Shown here piece by piece: positions 9,142 through 15,689 of a DNA stretch of 33,247 bases. The notes under the pieces were generated by a model. It worked only from the letters and a program-made list of their open reading frames with translations. It searched no databases and was not told the DNA's origin. Source of the stretch: Thermoplasmatota archaeon (GTDB lineage Archaea > Thermoplasmatota > E2 > JACPAO01 > JAHFTW01); assembly GCA_041624075.1 (NCBI GenBank), contig JBFJVP010000001.1:1-33247 (forward strand), given 5' to 3'. The position numbers and the translations under genes were made by a program. Every line of letters starts with the position of its first letter. Positions within the stretch are counted from its first letter, which is position 1.

Positions 9142-9345
9142 TCAAATGCAGCGGCCATACCAGCCATAGTTCAGGTACTTGCCTTCGCAGTACCCGCCGT
9201 GCCACCCTTCACACACATAGACAACGGTCCGCGTCAATTCATCGTCGCCCCCACCACACGTGTGGTCTGCGGCGGCCTCCGGCGTCAGCGCAACGGCAAC
9301 GGCAACCAGCGTCAAGGCAACGAGCAGGGCCCTCTTCCTAGCCAT
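9142..9345 (-). CDS. small secreted four-Cys peptide, paralog P2 (67-aa precursor)
   Basis: ATG 9345 gives MARKRALLVALTLVAVAVALTPEAAA|DHTCGGGDDELTRTVVYVCEGWHGGYCEGKYLNYGWYGRCI. A GGGTG SD-like element lies 5 nt upstream. The track ORF start at 9483 would overlap P3 and is rejected. Confidence 0.8.
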   Translation of the reverse strand: MARKRALLVALTLVAVAVALTPEAAADHTCGGGDDELTRTVVYVCEGWHGGYCEGKYLNYGWYGRCI

Positions 9346-9410
9346 AGGGCACCCACGCATGTGCGACTCATGACCACTACCCTCGCGCACCCGCCGCGTT
9401 GCACGCGACA

Positions 9411-9650
9411 TCAAAGGCACCACCCATACCAGCCGTAATGGAGCCGTTCGCCATGGCACGGATGGCCGTGGTATCCATCGCACACCCGGTCAGCCAGGCC
9501 GATGGCCGGGTTGATTACGCCTTGGCCCGGGCCCTGCCAATTGGTGTCTTCCAGGTAGCAGTTGTGACGCGCGGCGGCATCCGGCAAGAGGGCGACCGTG
9601 GCGCTCAGCAAGGCAATCGCTGCGAGGACTTGCAACAGGGCTCGGACCAT
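9411..9650 (-). CDS. small secreted four-Cys peptide, paralog P3 (79-aa precursor, long subtype)
   Basis: ATG 9650 gives MVRALLQVLAAIALLSATVALLPDAAA|RHNCYLEDTNWQGPGQGVINPAIGLADRVCDGYHGHPCHGERLHYGWYGWCL. It has the same Cys/His/aromatic-Gly framework as P1, P2 and P4. Confidence 0.78.
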   Translation of the reverse strand: MVRALLQVLAAIALLSATVALLPDAAARHNCYLEDTNWQGPGQGVINPAIGLADRVCDGYHGHPCHGERLHYGWYGWCL

Positions 9651-9670
9651 GCCGCCGACATGGCGGGCAA

Positions 9671-9678
9671 CTATTAGG
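9671..9678 (-). promoter_or_regulatory. TATA-like box (CCTAATAG) for P3, leaderless spacing
   Basis: The box ends 20 nt upstream of ATG 9650. The same spacing is seen at P4, rimK and surface protein A. Confidence 0.4.
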
Positions 9679-9680
9679 GG

Positions 9681-9721
9681 TCAATCGGGGCGCACTTAGC
9701 TAACCCCGATTGAACGAAAAA
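9681..9721 (-). terminator. T5 tract plus 10-bp hairpin downstream of P4
   Basis: After the P4 stop (9727-9729) the minus strand reads AGTTGTTTTTCG. A perfect 10-bp inverted repeat follows (TCAATCGGGG at 9681-9690 and CCCCGATTGA at 9704-9713) with a 13-nt loop. Confidence 0.4.
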
Positions 9722-9726
9722 CAACT

Positions 9727-9969
9727 CTAGATGCAGATCAGGCCGTACCAGCCGTAGTCCAGGTACTTGCCATCGCAGTAGCCGCCGTGGTAGCCGTCGC
9801 ACACCGCGTCGGCCGTCCGAAGGGCGTGGTTCATGGGCCGCTCGCCCACGCCCGTCCAGGAGAGATCCTCGATGGGACAGTTGTGGGCTGCCGATGCCGT
9901 GGGCACCAAGGAGAATGCAAGTGCAACAAGGGCAAGCGTAGTGACGGCGGCAACGAGTTTCCGAGTCAT
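9727..9969 (-). CDS. small secreted four-Cys peptide, paralog P4 (80-aa precursor, long subtype)
   Basis: ATG 9969 gives MTRKLVAAVTTLALVALAFSLVPTASA|AHNCPIEDLSWTGVGERPMNHALRTADAVCDGYHGGYCDGKYLDYGWYGLICI. Confidence 0.8.
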   Translation of the reverse strand: MTRKLVAAVTTLALVALAFSLVPTASAAHNCPIEDLSWTGVGERPMNHALRTADAVCDGYHGGYCDGKYLDYGWYGLICI

Positions 9970-9990
9970 CTAATTGGCGACTGGTACCCC

Positions 9991-9998
9991 AAGTATAG
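9991..9998 (-). promoter_or_regulatory. TATA-like box (CTATACTT) for P4, leaderless spacing
   Basis: The box ends 21 nt upstream of ATG 9969, inside the 65-nt gap after the permease stop. Confidence 0.4.
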
Positions 9999-10034
9999 CT
10001 GTGACGAAGACGTAACGGATTGGTTGCACACCCA

Positions 10035-11396
10035 CTACGACGCCCTCAACATGGTGGCCAGGTTCATCTTGGCGTGGCTGCGCAGCACGACGCCCAAGGC
10101 GAGGCTGCTGGACACGATCAGGACGGCTGCCGCAAGGCCGGCGGCTTGGCTGCTGGCGGTGAAGCCGAGGGGCACGGGCGCATCACTGGCTCGCAACGCG
10201 GCATCCAGCACCGGCCCGAGCACCAGTGCGAGGAGGGCCGTGACGGCTGCGGCGACCAGTGTGATCTGGAACACCAGCCAACTCAGGGCACGCCGCACCA
10301 CGGTATGGCCGACGCCGATGGCATAGCAGACGGCGATGGCGCCCTTCTGGTTTTCCAGTTGGCGCGCCAGGCCGTGGATGATCAGGAATGTGGGGATGAG
10401 AAAGAGCACGATGCTGGTAGCCGTGGCAAGCACCTGGACCGCGTCGAGCATTTGGCCCAGGTAGCGGTGGGTGAACTCGGCGGGCCCTTCAGCTGCCCAG
10501 CCGTGGCGTTGGGCGGTGCTTCGGGTGCTGTCCAGGTTGCCGCCTTCCACGAGCAACACGTTGGCCACGGGCGCATCGGGCTCGTAGCCGAGCAGCGTTC
10601 GGACATCCTCGATGGGCGCCAGGAGCGTCACGGAATCGAGGGCATCAATGCCGGTTTGCCACGTCCCCACGACGTGCGCGGGGCGACGGATGACGTCCAC
10701 GATGGCTGCCCCTTCGCGCACCCGACCAGCGGTGATCTCGAAGCGAATGGGGTTCAGGTCCTGGGGGCTGGGGGGCCAACTGGTCATGGAGGAGCGCTCG
10801 GCGGGCGACAGGAACCGTTCCAGCCGGTCGGCGGGCATGAGCAGGGGCATGGAGCTGCGCGCCGCACCCCGGTTGAACCCGCCGCTCAGGATGTACTGCT
10901 CCAGGGGCCCCGTGTCCCGGGGATCGTCGAAGTCGATTCCGACGATGGCACCGATGCCGAACACCTCGTCGCCCTCGCCGCTGAAGTTGAACTGGTCGTC
11001 CTCTCCCAGGGCAGCCTCAAGGAAACTGCGCCGGCTGATGACGTACTGGCTTTCCATGTGAACGCGCACGTTGCCACCGTCGGCCTCCAGTAGGCTGACC
11101 GCCTGATCGAGGGTGGTAGAGGAGTTGGGCCCAAAGATGCCGGGCGGAATGGCGGCGGCGCTTCCCTTGGCCACGCGCAGGTCGCCCGTGAAGACATCGC
11201 CCACTCGCTCCTGGGTCGCCTGTTGGAGTCCGGCGAAGATTCCGGCAGAGACCAGCATCAACAGAAGCGCTGTCGCCAAGGCACCGGATGTGCCCAAGAA
11301 CCAGCCGCGCGCGTCGCGCCGCCAGCCACGGGCCAACAGCCGCGTGGCAGCCAAACCACTGCGACCCCGGCGATTGTCTGCTCCACCCCCAGCCAC
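10035..11396 (-). CDS. FtsX/MacB-type ABC transporter permease (no cognate ATPase in the window)
   Basis: About 453 aa. It has an N-terminal TM (GALATALLLMLVSAGIFAGL), an extracytoplasmic domain of about 230 aa, then three C-terminal TMs (IVLFLIPTFLIIHGL..., LVFQITLVAAAVTALLALVLGPV, AAGLAAAVLIVSSSLALGVVL). The start is set at GTG 11396 because a CTTTTCAA box ends 21 nt upstream. The longer track ORF (to 12266) would overlap the well-supported plus-strand hydrolase. TTG 11336 is an alternative start. Confidence 0.78.
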   Translation of the reverse strand: MAGGGADNRRGRSGLAATRLLARGWRRDARGWFLGTSGALATALLLMLVSAGIFAGLQQATQERVGDVFTGDLRVAKGSAAAIPPGIFGPNSSTTLDQAVSLLEADGGNVRVHMESQYVISRRSFLEAALGEDDQFNFSGEGDEVFGIGAIVGIDFDDPRDTGPLEQYILSGGFNRGAARSSMPLLMPADRLERFLSPAERSSMTSWPPSPQDLNPIRFEITAGRVREGAAIVDVIRRPAHVVGTWQTGIDALDSVTLLAPIEDVRTLLGYEPDAPVANVLLVEGGNLDSTRSTAQRHGWAAEGPAEFTHRYLGQMLDAVQVLATATSIVLFLIPTFLIIHGLARQLENQKGAIAVCYAIGVGHTVVRRALSWLVFQITLVAAAVTALLALVLGPVLDAALRASDAPVPLGFTASSQAAGLAAAVLIVSSSLALGVVLRSHAKMNLATMLRAS

Positions 11397-11418
11397 GGCC
11401 CCGCAGACCCGGGGTCGG

Positions 11419-11426
11419 TTGAAAAG
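11419..11426. promoter_or_regulatory. AT-rich TATA-like element (TTGAAAAG / CTTTTCAA) in the divergent permease-hydrolase intergenic region
   Basis: This is the only AT-rich octamer between GTG 11396 (minus) and ATG 11478 (plus). It shows leaderless spacing toward the permease and lies about 51 nt from the hydrolase ATG. Confidence 0.3.
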
Positions 11427-11477
11427 GCCCCGAGTCGTTGCGGTGCCGTGAAGGTCCCCCGCATCGTCGAGCAAGAG

Positions 11478-12329
11478 ATGGCGTATCCGCGTCGCGACGT
11501 CAACGTGGGCGTACGCATGAGCGTCGTGGATGTACCAGGCACCAGCGGCCAGACAGTCCTGCTGCTGCACGGAAACCCCACCTGGAGTTTCCTGTACCGC
11601 CACCTGATCGGGCCGCTGGCCGCCGACGGCCACCGCGTGGTGGTACCGGATCTGGCGGGCCATGGCCTGAGCGAGAAGCCCACGGACCCGGATTACTACT
11701 CGCTTCAGAGGCACATCGACAATCTGGTGCGCATGGTCGAAGAGATGGACTTGCACAACGTGAGCCTGGTCTTGCACGACTGGGGCGGCCCCATTGGAAT
11801 GGGTATGGCGGTCCGCCTGCCGGAGCGTATCCGGCAAATCATCGTTGCCAACAGCATCGCCTTTGCACCCCACAAGCAGCGGCCACTGAGCACGTTCCAC
11901 CGCGTCATGGGCTCGCCAGCGATTGTCAACCTGGGTAGCCGCGTGAACCTGGTCGGACGAGTGGCAATGAACTTCGGAGTCCGAAAGCGCCTGGCAGCCG
12001 ACGTGCGCCAGGCCTACGCGTGGCCCCTGCAAGAACGGGGCGGCAGGGTCGCGGTTGCCCAGATGGTGGAACGCGTGCCCAACGGACCCGACCACCCCAC
12101 CGCCCAGGCGCTCCGGGAAATCGAGGCAGCCTTTGGGCGCCTCGCAGACAAGCCCATGCACATCCTCTGGGCCGACGGCGACCCCGTTTTCCCTCCAAAG
12201 CTGGCCGAGCGGTGGCAAAAGCCGTTTCCCCACGCCACCGTCGAACACATCTCGAAGGCGGGGCACTTCTGGCAGGAGGACGACCCGGAGCCGTTTCTCA
12301 ACCGGGTGCGGGACCGCCTGGCGCCTTGA
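11478..12329 (+). CDS. haloalkane dehalogenase-like alpha/beta hydrolase (DhlA-like)
   Basis: 283 aa from ATG 11478. Readable motifs are LLLHGNPTWSFLYRHLI, the nucleophile elbow LVLHDWGGPIG (Asp) and the C-terminal KAGHFWQEDDP (His). The pattern closely recalls Xanthobacter DhlA (HGEPTWSYLYR ... QDWGG ... GHFVQE). Confidence 0.85.
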   Translation: MAYPRRDVNVGVRMSVVDVPGTSGQTVLLLHGNPTWSFLYRHLIGPLAADGHRVVVPDLAGHGLSEKPTDPDYYSLQRHIDNLVRMVEEMDLHNVSLVLHDWGGPIGMGMAVRLPERIRQIIVANSIAFAPHKQRPLSTFHRVMGSPAIVNLGSRVNLVGRVAMNFGVRKRLAADVRQAYAWPLQERGGRVAVAQMVERVPNGPDHPTAQALREIEAAFGRLADKPMHILWADGDPVFPPKLAERWQKPFPHATVEHISKAGHFWQEDDPEPFLNRVRDRLAP

Positions 12330-13752
12330 CCGGACCCCGTTTGCGCGTCGTGCCCGGAGCAGCGGCGCGGCGGCCCGTTTTCCAGTTCACATGGCCCAAA
12401 TCGCCACCCTCCTTGACGTAGGCGCGTGCCTTCTTCAAGCTCTTGTGCAGGTGGCCAATGTGGACGACGGCGTTGCCGGGATTGGTCAGGGGCACCGTCG
12501 TCGTTGACAGGATGACACCGGATTTGGTTGCCTTCAATTCGTCCACGTGGCGACCAAACGGGTCATGGATGATGCCGATGCGTTGTTTCGCCCGAACCAA
12601 ATCGCCGGGCTCAACTTCGAGGTACAACAGTCCGCCATGGTCAGCGCGCACCCATTCGCTCTTGCGCACCAACACCTGGAAACCGGGTCGGACGGCCTTG
12701 GCCTTCACCATACCAAACGACCGCATGACGCCCATCACGCCGTTGAATCCAATCTGGACCACATGCTGCTGGAACCGACTGGGCTCTCCCGCTTCAAAGA
12801 TGATAGTGGGAATGCCGGCATTGGTGGCCGCCCGGCGCAGACTCCCGTCGGGCCCGGCCCCATGCATCATCACCGGCGTCCCAAACGCCCGCATCATGTC
12901 CCGCAGCGCCGGATCGTCGGCATCTCCCCGCACATGGCAGAGGTTTGCGCGGCCCGTGGCGGCGGTGTGGAGGTCGATGCCCGCGTCCGCGTGGCGCAGC
13001 ACCTTGGTGAACAACTGATGCGCGATGCGGCTCGCCATCGAACCAGTGGCGTCGCCCGGGAAGAACCGGTTCAGGTCCCGCCGGTCCGGCAGGTACCGAT
13101 CACCCGTCGGGAAGCCAAAACGGTTGACCACAGGCACTCCAATGAACGTGCCTGCCAGTTGGTCTGGCTCCAATCGATCAAGCACTGCCCTGACGACGGC
13201 CGTGCCGTTGATCTCGTCACCGTGGACGGCAGCCGTGGCAAACAGCGTCGGCCCCGGCTTGGTGCCCCGCACGACCGTGACGGGGATTCGTGCCGGCACA
13301 TGGGTCACTGCTTCGCTCACCTTGAGGTTGATTTCGGCAACATCGCCGGCCTTGACGGACCGGCCCGCGATGCGATGCACCTCCGACCAGTCGCGCGGCT
13401 TGGCCCACGCAGGCGGGCCGGCCCGGCTCTTGCCAGGCACCTCCTCGCCATTGGTGCGAACATCGGAAGGGCCATTGGATGCCGTTGCAGCCTGATCCTC
13501 CTCGGAGGCTTCGGTCGGCTGACGGGACAATTCTTCCGACAGGTCCGGGGTGCCAGATTCGACGGAGGCCTTGCGCGGCTTGCGAGCGGATGCTTTGGCC
13601 TTTGCAGCCGCACGACGCTTGGGCTTCGCCTTGGCCGCAACCGGGGCAACGGCCTCGGCATCATCAGGATCGGGAGAATCTGGCGCGTCGGCTGGCCGAC
13701 CAGGCGGATCGGACGAGCTGGCCCCACCCACCGAATCACCAGGAGGCGACAT
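12298..13752 (-). CDS. succinylglutamate desuccinylase/aspartoacylase-family (AstE/AspA, M14-like) zinc deacylase with a long disordered N-terminal extension
   Basis: 484 aa. The core motifs are AAVHGDEINGT (Zn ligands H..E), DLNRFFPG and GIDLHTA. The first 125 aa or so are low complexity, with an acidic/Pro stretch followed by the basic AKAKPKRRAAAKAKASARKPRKA. Its ATG overlaps the rimK stop (TGATG at 13750-13754). Confidence 0.85.
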   Translation of the reverse strand: MSPPGDSVGGASSSDPPGRPADAPDSPDPDDAEAVAPVAAKAKPKRRAAAKAKASARKPRKASVESGTPDLSEELSRQPTEASEEDQAATASNGPSDVRTNGEEVPGKSRAGPPAWAKPRDWSEVHRIAGRSVKAGDVAEINLKVSEAVTHVPARIPVTVVRGTKPGPTLFATAAVHGDEINGTAVVRAVLDRLEPDQLAGTFIGVPVVNRFGFPTGDRYLPDRRDLNRFFPGDATGSMASRIAHQLFTKVLRHADAGIDLHTAATGRANLCHVRGDADDPALRDMMRAFGTPVMMHGAGPDGSLRRAATNAGIPTIIFEAGEPSRFQQHVVQIGFNGVMGVMRSFGMVKAKAVRPGFQVLVRKSEWVRADHGGLLYLEVEPGDLVRAKQRIGIIHDPFGRHVDELKATKSGVILSTTTVPLTNPGNAVVHIGHLHKSLKKARAYVKEGGDLGHVNWKTGRRAAAPGTTRKRGPVKAPGGPAPG

Positions 13753-14645
13753 CAGCGAGCCACCCTCCGATGGTACTCCGCACAGAACCGAATCACTTCT
13801 CGCGCCACGTTCACGCCCGTGGCACGCTCCAGGCCTTGAAAGCCTGGACTCGCATTAACCTCGAGAATCTTCGGCCCATCACGGCTCTCCAAGAAGTCCA
13901 CGCCGGCCACCTGCAAACCCATCGCGTGGGCCGCCTCGATCACAACCAAGCGATCCGACGCCGACAATTCCAAGGGACGCCCTTGTCCGCCGCGGTGAAT
14001 GTTGCTGCGAAACTCCCCCAACTTGGCCTCGCGCCGCATCGCACCAACGACGTGGTCACCCACGACGAAAGCCCGAACGTCGCGGCCCTTGGCTTCCTTG
14101 ATAAACTCCTGCAGCAAGATCACGTGGCCCAAGCTCCAAAGCGTTTGCAGAATCGACTCGATGGCATCCCGGCTTTCCGCCAGCATCACTCCCACGCCAT
14201 GGGTGCCCTTGATAAGCTTCAAGATGCACGGCATCCCACCAACCAGCTCGATCGCCTGATCAATGTCCTCGGCGCTTCGAATCACCACCGTACGCGGAAT
14301 GTCAACATTGCACCGAGACAACACCTGAAACGACCTCAGCTTGTCCCGTGCCCGGAGAATCGACTGGCTTCCGTTGACCACGGTCACCCCCATCATCTCC
14401 ATTTGGTTGACGACCGCGCAACCAGCCTCCGTCACGCTGGCACCAATGCGAGGCACCACCACGTCCACATCGCGGCGCCGCAACGGCTCGCCCCTGACAT
14501 ACAGCTTCGGCGCACGCGCATGCAGCACCAGTTGCGTCTTGAGCACATCAAGCGTCCGCGCCGAGTGCCCCTGCCTCCGGCACTCCTCCATAAAACGGCG
14601 AATCGAGTGAAGCCGGGGTTCCCGCGTCAGGAACAGGAAGCGCAC
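13752..14645 (-). CDS. rimK: RimK-family ATP-grasp alpha-L-glutamate ligase
   Basis: 297 aa from GTG 14645 (VRFLFLTREP...). ATP-grasp motifs are GMPCILKLIKGTHGVGV, ILLQEFIKEAKGRDVRAFVVG, EFRSNIHRGG and GVDFLESRDGPKILEVNASPG. Archaeal relatives include the MptN, CofF and LysX types, so the substrate is unknown. Confidence 0.88.
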   Translation of the reverse strand: MRFLFLTREPRLHSIRRFMEECRRQGHSARTLDVLKTQLVLHARAPKLYVRGEPLRRRDVDVVVPRIGASVTEAGCAVVNQMEMMGVTVVNGSQSILRARDKLRSFQVLSRCNVDIPRTVVIRSAEDIDQAIELVGGMPCILKLIKGTHGVGVMLAESRDAIESILQTLWSLGHVILLQEFIKEAKGRDVRAFVVGDHVVGAMRREAKLGEFRSNIHRGGQGRPLELSASDRLVVIEAAHAMGLQVAGVDFLESRDGPKILEVNASPGFQGLERATGVNVAREVIRFCAEYHRRVAR

Positions 14646-14666
14646 GAGGGTCGATCACGCCCCCTG

Positions 14667-14672
14667 ATTTAA
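14667..14672 (-). promoter_or_regulatory. TATA-like box (CTTAAATC) for the rimK-astE-like pair, leaderless spacing
   Basis: The box ends 20 nt upstream of GTG 14645. Confidence 0.4.
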
Positions 14673-14788
14673 GACACCAAGTGGCGGCCGCGCACGGGCA
14701 GGCGCCACGGTGTGGCGCCGATGCACAGCGGGAAGGCACCGGTGAGCACCCCGCGAACCCGACAGATTGCTACCCGGACACACCACCC

Positions 14789-15658
14789 TCAGGTGACGCC
14801 GATGCGCAGCAGGATGCGACCGTCACGGAAGATCCGCACCACGCCACTCTCGGACACCGTAATGGCGATCGCCTTGGTTTCCGTAGTAACGGCAGCCGCC
14901 GCCAAGTGCCTGCCTCCAAGCCCCGAAGGCAGGTCCGTAGGATCACGCACCTCAATGTAGCGGCCCGCCGCCTCGACGATGCCATCCTCACGAACCACGA
15001 TAGCGCCGTCAATCTGCGCGAACTCCTTGATCGTCTCCCAGGAACGCGCATCGAGCACGCTGCGCTCCTGGGGCGGGTGCCCAGCAAACGGATTGAGAAC
15101 GACCTGGCGGCTGTGGCGCAGTACCCGATCCGTGTCGCCAACAACAAACAGGGTCCCAACCGGGTTCTTCTCGCGGCCTTCACGGGCCAAGTCACGGGCC
15201 AGTTGCAGCACAGCCTCAACCACCCGGACGTCGGCGCGGTACTCCAAGTCCTTCTTCAGCTTCGCCACAGACTCGTCGTGGGCCATGTCGAAAGCCAGCA
15301 ATCCGAAGCCAGCCTCATCGCCCAACTCCACGACGACCAACCGCTCATCGGGCTCCAGTCGGCCCTCGACGTACGCCGTCAGCAGGATCTCACGTAACGC
15401 CTTGAGCGCGTTGATGCCACCACCCACGCGGTAGCCCAACTCCATCACGTCAACGTCCTCCCGGCCGGCAAAGCGGTCACCCGCACCCGGATGTGAACTA
15501 GCAATCAGCAGCGGAGGCCCCAAAGCCTCAATCCAGGTCTCCAATTGATCCAGATCCGTTCCAGTCAGAAGAACCCGTGAAGCCTGAAACCCATCCCGTA
15601 GGGTTCGCGCCTGCCCCAGAAGGTCCTCCATTGGCTCGGTGATTGCCTCCGCGCTCAT
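14789..15658 (-). CDS. dacZ: diadenylate cyclase, archaeal DacZ-type (N-terminal regulatory domain plus C-terminal DAC domain)
   Basis: 289 aa from ATG 15658 (MSAEAITEPMEDLL); the track start at 15733 would overlap the upstream gene. DAC motifs are GTLFVVGD, IDGAIVVREDG, GGRHLAAAAVT and AIAITVSESGVVRIFRDG. It has no TM segments, and an N-terminal soluble domain of about 150 aa as described for DacZ. Confidence 0.82.
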   Translation of the reverse strand: MSAEAITEPMEDLLGQARTLRDGFQASRVLLTGTDLDQLETWIEALGPPLLIASSHPGAGDRFAGREDVDVMELGYRVGGGINALKALREILLTAYVEGRLEPDERLVVVELGDEAGFGLLAFDMAHDESVAKLKKDLEYRADVRVVEAVLQLARDLAREGREKNPVGTLFVVGDTDRVLRHSRQVVLNPFAGHPPQERSVLDARSWETIKEFAQIDGAIVVREDGIVEAAGRYIEVRDPTDLPSGLGGRHLAAAAVTTETKAIAITVSESGVVRIFRDGRILLRIGVT

Positions 15659-15689
15659 GAAGGATTCGAGTGCTCCGGGCAATTCACGC

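Noticed and set aside
8818-9677. Plus-strand ORFs of 79-92 aa overlapping the peptide array
   Set aside because: They are Arg/His/Pro-rich with no signal peptides and no mutual similarity. The minus-strand peptides are mutually conserved, with synonymous-site divergence.
11397-12266. N-terminal 290 aa of track ORF 10035-12266 (permease extension). The same applies to the extensions at 7137-7274, 8666-8968, 9346-9483, 15659-15733, 29981-30064 and 31833-31985.
   Set aside because: The extensions overlap better-supported genes or intergenic promoters. They lack homology-like sequence and precede obvious native N-termini (signal peptides, MDFQFTEEQ, and so on). Several track 'M' starts are actually GTG.
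12547-14672. Plus-strand ORFs of 430 and 397 aa opposite the AstE-like and rimK genes
   Set aside because: They are His/Arg/Pro-rich shadow frames. The minus-strand frames show complete ATP-grasp and AstE/AspA motif sets.
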